Shown one piece after another: positions 37,983 through 48,127 of a DNA stretch of 64,000 bases. The notes under the pieces are model-generated. The model was not told the DNA's origin, did not search any database, and worked only from the letters and a program-made list of their open reading frames with translations. The stretch lies in contig MNTB01000034.1 of NCBI GenBank assembly GCA_001916775.1, positions 3,478 through 67,477 of the forward strand, given 5' to 3'. Source of the DNA: Firmicutes bacterium CAG:321_26_22. GTDB taxonomy: Bacteria; Bacillota_I; Bacilli_A; RF39; UBA660. Numbering within the stretch: position 1 is the stretch's first letter; the number at the start of each line of letters is the position of its first letter. A program made the translations under genes and the position numbers.

Positions 37983-39188
37983 TTAATATCTCTTTAAATA
38001 ACTACCTGAAGCAAATGGTACTAAATTTCTTGGATTAAAGGAATTAGCATTAAATCTACTAACATCATTACCAGTAGCTACTCCAAAATGTAAGTGACCA
38101 CCACAAGTACAATAATCATAGCCCCCCTTACCAGCATAAGATACAGAACACTGACTAGGATTCATAGCTCCAGTAGTTAATCCACCAGTTAAACCAACAA
38201 CAGTATTAGTATCAACTATATCATCAACATTAACCTTAATTTCTAATAAATGCATATAAACAGTCGTATATGGAACCCCATTAATAGTATGATAAATATA
38301 AACCATATTACCACCACACGAACCTCTTCTTACAATATAAGCAACTCTTCCTTTAGCAGCAGCATATGCATAAGTTCCTTCACTTGCCCCTAAATCTATA
38401 CCACGGTGTGATGTACCACCACAACCAATACAATCAGTTCTAACTACTTGATATTCACTAGTTACCCAAGCACTAGTAAGAGGTAATTTCCAACCACTAG
38501 AGTTAGGAATAGTAACACAAGAATTAATATTTTGATTTAATTTACATCCTTTTGATTCATAATATTTAATATCTTTTTCTTTAGCATCAATATCTTCATC
38601 AATAGTAGTACCCTCTTCTTCTAATTTAGATAAATTAGCCTTCAAAGTAGCAAGTTTAGAAGCTAAGTTATTACTCTGCACTTCAAGTTCTTTTTGCTTA
38701 CTAGCAAGAGTTATTTTACTATCTTCTAATTCTTTAACTAATTTCTTTAAACTTTCCATTAAATTACTATTATACTCAGTAAGTTGTGATACGACTGAAT
38801 ATCTATATATAAAATCAGTATAAGAATCTGCTTCAAATAAATATTCTAAGTAAACATTTTCCCCATTAGATACTTGAAGAAACTTAAGTAATTCATTAGT
38901 CTCTTTATCTTTCTCCTCTATCTCTTTCTCAGAACTACTAATTTTCTCAGTAGCAGCAATAATCTCTTTCTTCGTATTTTCTATTTCAATTTGTGTATTA
39001 TCAATATCTACTCTTAAAGACTTAATTTGACTATCAGTTAAATTCTTATTATTCTCAGTAGCAGCCTTTTTAGCTTTTAAATCTGCTAACTCATTTTTTA
39101 AATCTTGAAGAGTCTTAGCTTCTACCTTATAACTAGGAATAAACATTATAATCATTATTAGAAATATTACTAATATTTTTTTCTTCAT
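37983..39188 (-). CDS. secreted coiled-coil M23 family peptidase paralog with Cys-rich insertions
   Basis: Same signal peptide and coiled-coil block as the 36759..37916 product (identical NELLKFLQVSNGENVYLEYLFEADSYTDFIYRYSVVSQLT). HRGIDL...CTCGGHLHFG with extra Cys clusters. Confidence 0.7.
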   Translation of the reverse strand: MKKKILVIFLIMIIMFIPSYKVEAKTLQDLKNELADLKAKKAATENNKNLTDSQIKSLRVDIDNTQIEIENTKKEIIAATEKISSSEKEIEEKDKETNELLKFLQVSNGENVYLEYLFEADSYTDFIYRYSVVSQLTEYNSNLMESLKKLVKELEDSKITLASKQKELEVQSNNLASKLATLKANLSKLEEEGTTIDEDIDAKEKDIKYYESKGCKLNQNINSCVTIPNSSGWKLPLTSAWVTSEYQVVRTDCIGCGGTSHRGIDLGASEGTYAYAAAKGRVAYIVRRGSCGGNMVYIYHTINGVPYTTVYMHLLEIKVNVDDIVDTNTVVGLTGGLTTGAMNPSQCSVSYAGKGGYDYCTCGGHLHFGVATGNDVSRFNANSFNPRNLVPFASGSYLKRY

Positions 39189-39465
39189 TTAATCACAACT
39201 TTCCTAACATAATTATATATTAAATAATTATTTAGGTCAACAATTAAAAGAGAGTTTACATTTTTTGTAAATTCTCTCTTTTCTTATAAAAAAGTTATCC
39301 TATGCCAATTACCTTTAAACCATTAGTTATCGACCACTTATGACCATCTAGACCCCAAAAGTGATCGATAACTGCCATTTTTCATAATTTTTTATCTTTT
39401 TTAATAATATTATCACATTAAAATATCAACAAATTCGGAATTCAATTCCGAAAATGTATAAAATA

Positions 39466-40554
39466 TTAAGATATATCTTTTACCTCTTTTCTTTTTATAA
39501 AACTAATTATAAATATTAATACTATCGATATATATAATATTATCTTAATATCATTAATAAAATAACCTATTAAACAGAAGATACTTCTAGTAAAACAAAA
39601 AATTATTTCTACTAATACTATATACCCTTTTATATTAGTGTCTTTCTTAATATTATAAATATTTTCTGCTGATACAATTTCAAACATCTTAATACCAAGA
39701 CCTTCAAAGAAACCTATTACTAATATCAAATAATTACTAGTAATATTTAATTTTAATAATAATATTATACAAAACAATATATTTAAGTATTTAAAATATT
39801 TATTATCATCTATCTTTCTAACAAAGAAGTAAATAAATATACAAGCACTAACACCCATTATAGCATTAAATATACCAATATATTCTATCTTATTATTTAT
39901 AAATAAATATAGATATAATGGCTGAAGAGATAAATTAATTACTTTAGCCTGCTCCAAGATAAAGAATAGTAGTTTATTCTTCTCTATTTTTTGATATTTA
40001 ATTATCTTATTATTTTCTTTAATATCTAACTTAAATAAAGGTATTATTGCTACTACTGATAATACAATAACTATTATAGCAAGTACTATTAAAGATAATT
40101 TCTTAGTAACATAACTAACTATAATAGGAGCTACAATTAAACCAATATTACTAAAAATTAAAATACTTCCTATTTCTTTTTTTCTTTCTTTATCCATAGC
40201 CTTAATAGCAAAGTAATGTCTTAAACTATGATAACTATAACAACCTATTCCATATATAATACTAAATATTATTAGATTACTAATAGTTTTATCCATCGTA
40301 GACATAAAATAAAAACTTATACTAAAAATTATACTAGAAAGTATTAATATATATTTAGCATTAATATATTTAGTTAAATAAATAACTATAACACTAATAA
40401 TGCCTCCAACAAAATATAAAATAGTAAAAAATAATAATATTTCTTTTAAAGAATATCCCATTTTATATAATAGTACAGAAGAAAAGACTTCTACTATATT
40501 TCTTGCAATAGTAGATATCATAATAAATAAATTATATTTTTTAATATTTGACAT
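39466..40554 (-). CDS. multi-pass membrane transporter (MFS-like)
   Basis: 362 aa with ~10-12 predicted TM helices and short loops. No soluble domains. Confidence 0.45.
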   Translation of the reverse strand: MSNIKKYNLFIMISTIARNIVEVFSSVLLYKMGYSLKEILLFFTILYFVGGIISVIVIYLTKYINAKYILILSSIIFSISFYFMSTMDKTISNLIIFSIIYGIGCYSYHSLRHYFAIKAMDKERKKEIGSILIFSNIGLIVAPIIVSYVTKKLSLIVLAIIVIVLSVVAIIPLFKLDIKENNKIIKYQKIEKNKLLFFILEQAKVINLSLQPLYLYLFINNKIEYIGIFNAIMGVSACIFIYFFVRKIDDNKYFKYLNILFCIILLLKLNITSNYLILVIGFFEGLGIKMFEIVSAENIYNIKKDTNIKGYIVLVEIIFCFTRSIFCLIGYFINDIKIILYISIVLIFIISFIKRKEVKDIS

Positions 40555-40618
40555 ATAATCACCATTATTATTATGTATTTTTTATATTATATGATACAAT
40601 ATAAAGAGGTGATTTATT

Positions 40619-41548
40619 ATGTTTAAATATACATTAGATAATAAAAGATATCATACACTTAATTACTATCTAAAAAACAAATTTAATGATAAAGTAATAA
40701 AAATAAGTTTAAATGGTAATTTTACTTGTCCTAACATCGATGGTACTAAAGGCTATGGTGGTTGTATATATTGTTCTAAAAGTGGTTCAGGTGAACACGG
40801 AGGTAATCCTAACAAAGATTTAACAACCCAATTTAATGAAGTAAGAGAAGTAATAGAAAAGAAATGGTTTAGTAATAAATATATCGCTTATTTCCAAGCT
40901 CGAACTAATACTTATGCCCCTCTTAATGTATTAAAAGAAAAGTATGAAGAAGTATTAAAGATAGATAATGTTATAGGTTTATTTATTGCTACTAGATGTG
41001 ATGCTATAACCAAGGAAACACTAGATTACTTAGAAGAACTAAATAAAAGAACTTTCTTAGTAATAGAATTAGGCCTTCAAACTATTCATGAAAGTACTTC
41101 TAAATTAATTAATCGTGGTCATACTTTAAAAGAATTTGATGATATGGTCAAAAAATTAAGAGATAGAAATATTAATGTAGTTGTACATATAATTAATGGC
41201 CTACCTTATGAAACTGAAGAAATGATGTTAGATACAGTTAAGCACTTAAATAATCTTGATATTCAAGGTATTAAAATACATATGTTAAATATATGTAAAG
41301 ATACTCCTATTGAAACTTTATATAATAAAGAACACTTTCATATTCTTACTAAAGAAGAGTATATTGATATCGTAATCAAACAATTAGAATTATTAAGAGA
41401 AGAAATAGTTATTCATCGAATTACCTCTGACCCCGATAAAGATTCTCTAATAGAACCTACTTGGTTATTAAAAAAATTCTGTTTACTTAATGATATTGAT
41501 AAAGAAATGAAAAAAAGAGATACTTACCAAGGTAAATACACCAAATAA
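40619..41548 (+). CDS. radical SAM protein, TIGR01212 (YtqA/YhcC-like) family
   Basis: CPNIDGTKGYGGCIYCS cluster motif typical of the TIGR01212 family; 309 aa. Confidence 0.75.
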   Translation: MFKYTLDNKRYHTLNYYLKNKFNDKVIKISLNGNFTCPNIDGTKGYGGCIYCSKSGSGEHGGNPNKDLTTQFNEVREVIEKKWFSNKYIAYFQARTNTYAPLNVLKEKYEEVLKIDNVIGLFIATRCDAITKETLDYLEELNKRTFLVIELGLQTIHESTSKLINRGHTLKEFDDMVKKLRDRNINVVVHIINGLPYETEEMMLDTVKHLNNLDIQGIKIHMLNICKDTPIETLYNKEHFHILTKEEYIDIVIKQLELLREEIVIHRITSDPDKDSLIEPTWLLKKFCLLNDIDKEMKKRDTYQGKYTK

Positions 41549-41571
41549 AAGACTTCACTCGAAGTCTTTTA
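41546..41571. terminator. bidirectional intrinsic terminator AAAGACUUC-ACUC-GAAGUCUUU between convergent genes
   Basis: Perfect 9-bp hairpin flanked by A- and U-runs, between the radical SAM (+) and nitroreductase (-) genes. Confidence 0.55.
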
Positions 41572-42165
41572 TTCATAATATTCTACTATTTCTTCTAAAT
41601 CTTTTCTTGGTCTCATCTTAGGTTCTTGATTAGGATAACCAATAACAAGTGAACTAACTAACTCCATATCATTATGCTTTGTCATATCTAAAATTTCATT
41701 TTCTACAAAATCAGTATCTCCTATCCAAAGAGTACCAAGATTTAATTCAGTACTTCTAAGACACATATTCTCTATAGCAGCTCCTACTGATAAAATATCA
41801 TATCTATCCCACTCATCATCTTTACTTTTTAATATCAATATAAGTACAGGTGCTTCTTTTATTACATTAGCAGTAAAACTAACACTATATAATCGACCAT
41901 CTTTATTTTTATTCTGAGCATATTTAATCATTAAATCTGCTATCTCATTTTTCATCTCAGTACTAACTTTAACAAAATACCAAGGTTGTCTATTTTTAGC
42001 AGATGGTGCTAACCTACCAGCATTTAATATATCCAATATTTGTTCTTTACTTACTTTAACATCTTTATATTTTCTAATACTTCTTCTATCCTCTATTGCT
42101 TTTATTGTATCCATATTTATCCTCCATCTTAAAGAAATTATATTATTTTTATTTAACTTTGTCAA
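41569..42165 (-). CDS. nitroreductase family protein
   Basis: Nitroreductase fold signature RRSIRKY.. and ...GRLAPSAKNRQPW. Confidence 0.75.
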   Translation of the reverse strand: MTKLNKNNIISLRWRINMDTIKAIEDRRSIRKYKDVKVSKEQILDILNAGRLAPSAKNRQPWYFVKVSTEMKNEIADLMIKYAQNKNKDGRLYSVSFTANVIKEAPVLILILKSKDDEWDRYDILSVGAAIENMCLRSTELNLGTLWIGDTDFVENEILDMTKHNDMELVSSLVIGYPNQEPKMRPRKDLEEIVEYYE

Positions 42166-42184
42166 TTACCTAAACTAAATGATT

Positions 42185-42246
42185 AATAGAGAGACTTAAT
42201 TATTTAAGGTTCTCTATTACCTATGAAGACCTAAGGCTTCATAGGA
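42185..42246. repeat. dispersed intergenic element (TAGAGAG..CTCTCTA hairpin + CCTAAGGCTTCATAGG)
   Basis: Module shared with 6360-6424. Confidence 0.5.
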
Positions 42247-42281
42247 TATTAAAAGAACTAGTTTTAACTAGTTCTATATTT

Positions 42282-43322
42282 TTAGAATAATCTTAATATA
42301 TCATTAAAAGTTACATATACCATAAGAAGCATAAGTAGCATAAAGCCTATACTATTTACCATAGCCTCTGTCTTAGCAGGCACAGGTTTTCTTCTTATCT
42401 TTTCAATAATTAAGAATAATACTCTACCACCATCAAAAGCAGGGAATGGAAGTAAGTTAATAACTCCTACATTCATAGATAAGTAAGCAGTCAAATACAT
42501 AATATTTTGAAATCCTTGTTTAGCCTGTGAATCCACTATCAAATAAATACCAACTGGACCAGATAAATCTTTAGCAGATACACCACCAGTAAATAATTGT
42601 TTAATAGTAGTAAGCATTAATTTATATAAACTAACAGTAGCCTCTCCTGCATAAGTAATAGAACTAACAAATCCTCTTCTAACAGTATTATCAATTCCTA
42701 TACCAACAACATAACTCTTATTACCATCTTTATCCTCTATCGTATTAGGTTTTACTATTACAGTTCTCTTATTACCATCTTTATCTTTTAGTACAAAAGA
42801 AATATCATTACCTTTAGAAGAAGCAATATATAATTGTACCTCACTCCAACTAGATACCTTATTACCATCTACTGATAATATCTTATCTCCTTCTCTAATA
42901 CCAGCAGTATAAGCAGGATATTCAGGACTAACATTAGCTATAATTGGTTTAGTAGAAATACTACCATATATTAAAGCCATCACAAATAATAATACAAAAG
43001 CAAAAATAAAGTTAAAGCTTACTCCAGCTATCATAATAATAAATCTTTGCCATACTGGCTTAGTATATAGCATTCTCTTCTTATCTATTTTAGTATTATC
43101 ATCAGCATCTTCTCCCGCTAATGAAACAAATCCTCCTATTGGTATTGCCCTAATACAATATTCAGTCTCTCCACCTTTCTTCTTATGATGTAATAACTTT
43201 GGTCCCATACCTATAGAGAACTCATATACATATACACCAAATAATTTAGAAAAGATAAAATGTCCAAATTCATGAACTAATACAATTCCCCCTAATATTA
43301 ATATAAACCATAATATTGCCAT
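42282..43322 (-). CDS. rseP: RIP metalloprotease RseP/RasP (site-2 protease)
   Basis: HEFGHF (HExxH) in TM1, a PDZ domain, and a C-terminal LLPFPAFDGGRV (LDG motif). Confidence 0.85.
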   Translation of the reverse strand: MAILWFILILGGIVLVHEFGHFIFSKLFGVYVYEFSIGMGPKLLHHKKKGGETEYCIRAIPIGGFVSLAGEDADDNTKIDKKRMLYTKPVWQRFIIMIAGVSFNFIFAFVLLFVMALIYGSISTKPIIANVSPEYPAYTAGIREGDKILSVDGNKVSSWSEVQLYIASSKGNDISFVLKDKDGNKRTVIVKPNTIEDKDGNKSYVVGIGIDNTVRRGFVSSITYAGEATVSLYKLMLTTIKQLFTGGVSAKDLSGPVGIYLIVDSQAKQGFQNIMYLTAYLSMNVGVINLLPFPAFDGGRVLFLIIEKIRRKPVPAKTEAMVNSIGFMLLMLLMVYVTFNDILRLF

Positions 43323-43335
43323 TCATTTTCCTCCT

Positions 43336-44115
43336 TTACAATATATTAAGCATTATTAACATACCAAGTGATACAAATATCACACTATCAAATCTATCTA
43401 ATATACCACCATGTCCTGGTATAATATTAGAATAATCTTTCTTATCAAAATATCTCTTTATAGAACTAAATACTAAGTCTCCACTTTCACTTAAAAATAC
43501 TAATACCAAAGACATAATAATAGTCTTAATAATAGACAAATCTCCTACTAAAGAGTAATAAAACATTGTACCAATAAAACAACCCATAATTCCACCTATT
43601 AAGCATCCTTCTATTGTCTTTTTAGGAGATATATCAGTAAATCTATGTTTACCAATTAACATTCCACTAATATAAGCATACGTATCAGTAATAAAAGCTA
43701 TTACAAATATATATATACCCTTAAATATATCACTACCCATCATATCTATTATATTTAAGAAAGCATATCCTATAAAATATATTATTCCAAATAAATATAA
43801 ACTATCATTTATATTATATCTATCCTTATCGTCATAGAAGATAATAGGTAATATCAAAGATATTAAACTTATACATATTACTACCTTATTATCTAATTTC
43901 AACACTAAATTATTTATCATAAAGAATATCATTAATAAATAACTAATTATCTTTATCAAATCAATCTTTCTCTTTTTATATTTAATATCTATTAATTCTC
44001 TTAAACCTAGTAAAGAAACAACTGTCATAGTAATACTAAAAACAGTATTTCCCAGCAATAAAGAAGTTATTAATATAAATAAAACAATAAAAGCTCCTAA
44101 TAATCTTTTCTTCAT
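43336..44115 (-). CDS. cdsA: phosphatidate cytidylyltransferase
   Basis: C-terminal CTP-transferase signature SPKKTIEG...GHGGILDRFDS. Confidence 0.85.
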   Translation of the reverse strand: MKKRLLGAFIVLFILITSLLLGNTVFSITMTVVSLLGLRELIDIKYKKRKIDLIKIISYLLMIFFMINNLVLKLDNKVVICISLISLILPIIFYDDKDRYNINDSLYLFGIIYFIGYAFLNIIDMMGSDIFKGIYIFVIAFITDTYAYISGMLIGKHRFTDISPKKTIEGCLIGGIMGCFIGTMFYYSLVGDLSIIKTIIMSLVLVFLSESGDLVFSSIKRYFDKKDYSNIIPGHGGILDRFDSVIFVSLGMLIMLNIL

Positions 44116-44123
44116 ACTACCTC

Positions 44124-46028
44124 CTATGCAATTTTATAGTCATCTTCTAATGAAAAAATTACATTCTCTTCAATCCAATTCTTTCTAGGTTCTACAGCAT
44201 CACCCATAAGTACAGATACTCTCTTTTCAGCAAGAGCAGCATCAGATATATTTACTTTTATTAGTTTTCTTTCTTTAGGATCCATAGTAGTTTCCCATAA
44301 CTGATTAGCATTCATTTCACCAAGTCCTTTATATCTTTGAACCTTATAGTTTACTCTACCACTAGTTTCATCTTTTAATTCTTCATTACTCCAAGCATAT
44401 ACATGTTTATTACTATAACTAACCTTATATAAAGGAGGCATTGCTATATATAAATGACCATCTTCAATTAAAGGTTTCATATATCTATAGAAGAAAGTTA
44501 AAAGTAAACACTGAATATGAGCACCATCATCATCAGCATCGGTCATAATAATAACCTTACCATAATTAATATCTTTAACATCAAAATCCGTTCCTACCCC
44601 AGCACCAATTGTATAAATCAAAGTATTAATTTCTTCATTCTTAAAAATTTCTTCCATCCTTGTCTTCTCAGTATTCAATACCTTACCTCTAAGCGGAAGA
44701 ATAGCCTGTGTCTTTCTATCTCTACCCTGTTTAGCACTACCACCAGCAGAATCACCCTCTACAATAAATAACTCTTTTTCCATAGCCTTCTTACTTTGAG
44801 CAGGCGTTAATTTACCAGATAATAATCTTTCAGTCTTTTTATTATCTTTACCTTTTCTTGTTTCTTCTCTTGCCTTTCTAGCAGCTTCTCTAGCTTCTTT
44901 TCCTTTTAAAGCTTTACCAACAATCTTCGTAGCTACAGCTTTATTCTCTTCTAAAAAGAATTTTAACTTTTCAGTAACTATTGCTTCTACTATTGTTCTA
45001 GCAACAGGAGTACCAAGTTTAGCTTTAGTCTGACCCTCAAATTGTAATAAATCTTCTGGTATTTGAACAGATATAATAGCGGTAAGTCCCTCTCTAACAT
45101 CAGAACCATCAAAACTTTTATCTTTCTTTAAGTATCCATTAGTCTTAGCATAATCATTAAGAACTTTCGTAATAGCAGTCTTAAATCCTACTTCATGAGT
45201 ACCACCATCACTAGTTTTAACATCATTAACAAATGAAACAATATTCTCAGCATAACTATCAGTATATTGCATAGCTATTGATACATTTACTTTGTCTTTA
45301 CTAGCACTAAAACATAATGGTTTATGAAGTACCCCTTTATTTTCATTCAAATATTCGCAGAAGGCTTCTAGTCCATTTTCATAATGATATTTTTCACTTC
45401 TACCTTCTATCTCATCTACTACTTCTATAGTTAGACCACTAATTAAAAAAGCACTCTCTTGCATTCTCTCACATATAGTAGAAAAACTAAAAGTTGTTGT
45501 CGAAAATATAGTAGGATCAGGTTTAAATTTAACAGTAGTTCCAGTCCTATTAGTAGTACCTACTTTCTTAAGAGGAACTGCTACCTTACCACCGTCTTCA
45601 AACTTAATATAATATTCTCCGCCATCTCTTCTAGTTACTACCTCCATAACCGAACTTAAAGCATTAACAACTGATCCACCAACACCATGTAAACCTCCAG
45701 ATACTTTATAGCCACCTTCACTAAATTTACCACCAGCATGAAGTACAGTATAAATAACCTCAGGCGTACTCTTACCTGATGAATGCATACCAACAGGAAG
45801 TCCTCTACCTTTATCAGTTACACTAACACTACCATCCTTATGAAGAACTATCTTTAAATGATTACCATAACCATTTAATGCTTCATCAATAGAATTATCT
45901 ACTATTTCCCATACTAAATGATGTAATCCTCTTTTATCAGTAGAACCAATATACATACCAGGTCTCTTTCTAACGGCTTCTAAGCCTTCTAGTATCTTAA
46001 TTGAACTCTCATCATATTTTGCTGTCAT
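44124..46028 (-). CDS. type IIA DNA topoisomerase subunit B (GyrB/ParE family)
   Basis: N-terminus ILEGLEAVRKRPGMYIGST..GLHHLVWEIVDNSIDEA, TOPRIM EGDSAGGS, and PLRGKVLN / PLYK motifs. No adjacent A subunit, so gyrB versus parE cannot be assigned. Confidence 0.85.
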   Translation of the reverse strand: MTAKYDESSIKILEGLEAVRKRPGMYIGSTDKRGLHHLVWEIVDNSIDEALNGYGNHLKIVLHKDGSVSVTDKGRGLPVGMHSSGKSTPEVIYTVLHAGGKFSEGGYKVSGGLHGVGGSVVNALSSVMEVVTRRDGGEYYIKFEDGGKVAVPLKKVGTTNRTGTTVKFKPDPTIFSTTTFSFSTICERMQESAFLISGLTIEVVDEIEGRSEKYHYENGLEAFCEYLNENKGVLHKPLCFSASKDKVNVSIAMQYTDSYAENIVSFVNDVKTSDGGTHEVGFKTAITKVLNDYAKTNGYLKKDKSFDGSDVREGLTAIISVQIPEDLLQFEGQTKAKLGTPVARTIVEAIVTEKLKFFLEENKAVATKIVGKALKGKEAREAARKAREETRKGKDNKKTERLLSGKLTPAQSKKAMEKELFIVEGDSAGGSAKQGRDRKTQAILPLRGKVLNTEKTRMEEIFKNEEINTLIYTIGAGVGTDFDVKDINYGKVIIMTDADDDGAHIQCLLLTFFYRYMKPLIEDGHLYIAMPPLYKVSYSNKHVYAWSNEELKDETSGRVNYKVQRYKGLGEMNANQLWETTMDPKERKLIKVNISDAALAEKRVSVLMGDAVEPRKNWIEENVIFSLEDDYKIA

Positions 46029-46124
46029 TTATATCACTCTCTCTATCAATTCCATATCAATTATACTATAAAATAACATCTCTATCAAGGTATTTGTCAT
46101 TTAATTTGACAAAAAAAAGAACAA

Positions 46125-47477
46125 TTAATTCAAATTGCTCTCTAATATTTCTTTAAACTTTAAACAATCATCAATACTATAATTATTAATTAAACTAATA
46201 GTAACAGCATCATCAATACTAATATTATTACTATTTGTAAAATCTTTTAGTTTGGTAAGCATAGTAGCAAACTTCTTGTAGTCCTCTAATGTATAGATAT
46301 CTTTTTTAGTGGTAGTTTTTTTGTCTTCAGTCTCTTCTTTAATATCTATATTTAATTCTTTTTCTTTAGTATTAGTAATATCTTCTTTAATACTAATAGT
46401 ATTCTCTTTTAATGTGTTGTTTTCTAGTTCTTGTAAAGGTATAGTATTATTTTTTAGATTTTCTTTAGCTTTATTTTTCTTAATAATAACAACATTATCT
46501 TCTTTGACATCATTAACAATATCTTGAAATGATTCAATATTACTATTATTTTTATATTCTTTATATTTATTTTCAAATACTTCTTGAGGATTAACAATAT
46601 CATGAGCATCTATCTCTAGTGTGTTTTCATAATAATTAACTGGTATGTTACCATTTAATATATCATCAAATGTAAGATTGTTATTTGTCTCTTCTACTGT
46701 TTCAATACTTTCTTCTTCTATAACTTTGTTATCTAAAAGATCATTATTAATTGTAGTATCAATTGATGATAAAATTGGTTGTGGTTCTTCTACTACCTCT
46801 ACTGGGGTAATAGTTTGACTAGAAGTAGGTACTTTATTATCATTAGAAACTTCCACTTCATTATTTATTTCACAAGTAATTTTTTCTCTTCTTTTACTTC
46901 CTATTCTATCACATATTACTGATGTTGTATAAACTACTATTAAAGATAGTATCCATAATATAAATAAGCCCATACTAATTTCTAATATAGCTACTAAATT
47001 AATACTAGTATATAAAGAGTTAGGAGTAAAAATATCTATCTTATTTTTAGCAATGATATTTAGAATAATAACTAATAGGATATTATTTAAAATGAAAGTT
47101 ATTCCATTAATAATCTTATATGTTTTATTAAGCATTTTATTAAGTATACTAACAATGAAGGCAATAAACACTATTACCAAAGTACCTATGTATACATAGA
47201 TAGATGGAAAATAAATATTACTAAAGAAAATAGTCATAAAATTATCAAATACTTTAGATAATTCTTTATAATTGATAATAATATCAATACCAATTGTTAA
47301 AAGTAAGGCTAAAATTATTGCTGATATGTATTTTTTGTTATCTATCTTTTTTATTAGATATAAAAATGTAGCAATAACTAGTATTCCAAGTAATACAAAA
47401 ATAACTTTAAAATCTAATATCATATCAAATAATATTTTAAATTTTTCTATTATTGATAAATAAGACATTCTATTCAC
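46125..47477 (-). CDS. hypothetical membrane protein with acidic/Asn-rich C-terminal domain
   Basis: About 5 N-terminal TM helices followed by an E/N/T-rich region. Confidence 0.4.
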   Translation of the reverse strand: MNRMSYLSIIEKFKILFDMILDFKVIFVLLGILVIATFLYLIKKIDNKKYISAIILALLLTIGIDIIINYKELSKVFDNFMTIFFSNIYFPSIYVYIGTLVIVFIAFIVSILNKMLNKTYKIINGITFILNNILLVIILNIIAKNKIDIFTPNSLYTSINLVAILEISMGLFILWILSLIVVYTTSVICDRIGSKRREKITCEINNEVEVSNDNKVPTSSQTITPVEVVEEPQPILSSIDTTINNDLLDNKVIEEESIETVEETNNNLTFDDILNGNIPVNYYENTLEIDAHDIVNPQEVFENKYKEYKNNSNIESFQDIVNDVKEDNVVIIKKNKAKENLKNNTIPLQELENNTLKENTISIKEDITNTKEKELNIDIKEETEDKKTTTKKDIYTLEDYKKFATMLTKLKDFTNSNNISIDDAVTISLINNYSIDDCLKFKEILESNLN

Positions 47478-47491
47478 CCCTTTCTTTTGGT

Positions 47492-48127
47492 TTATTCAAC
47501 ACTAATTAAATATGCAATATATATTGTTTGATGATAATTATCATCCTTAGTACAGGTAATAAGAGTAAGTGTTGTTTTGCTTTTATTTCTTAATATTCTT
47601 ACTCGACCTGTCTTTTCTTCATTATAAATCTTATCAATTTTATAGACATAGTTTTTGTTATTATAATGAATGTTTATAGTATCACCTAATTCTAGTAAAT
47701 ATAAGTTAGCAAAGTAACTATTATTATAATTACCAGAATGGCCTGCGATTATAAGGTTACCACTTTCAGTATCTGGATAATTTGATTCTGGCAATACATA
47801 TAAATTAAATTTAACATTATTAAGGTTAGAATTTTTATTATAAAATCCTTTATATAACCCTATTTTACTAATATCTACTATTCCTAAATATTCTTCATAA
47901 GTATAATTGTCATTCTTTTCTTCTTTTGGTTCTTCACTTTCGTCAGAAGTTATATTGTCTTGATTATTTAAGTTTTCATCCATGTTTATTGATGATAATA
48001 CAAGATTCATCTCACTAAATACAACATCCCTTTTATCTTTTATGTAATCTGAAAGCAAAACGAGAGTTCCACATATGACTAGTATTACTCCCGCTGCTAT
48101 TTGATATTTTAAATTATTTATCTTCAT
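47492..48127 (-). CDS. srtB: class B sortase
   Basis: N-terminal TM anchor, catalytic His (IIAGHSG) and the TLITC Cys motif. 211 aa, a class-B-like size. Confidence 0.75.
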   Translation of the reverse strand: MKINNLKYQIAAGVILVICGTLVLLSDYIKDKRDVVFSEMNLVLSSINMDENLNNQDNITSDESEEPKEEKNDNYTYEEYLGIVDISKIGLYKGFYNKNSNLNNVKFNLYVLPESNYPDTESGNLIIAGHSGNYNNSYFANLYLLELGDTINIHYNNKNYVYKIDKIYNEEKTGRVRILRNKSKTTLTLITCTKDDNYHQTIYIAYLISVE

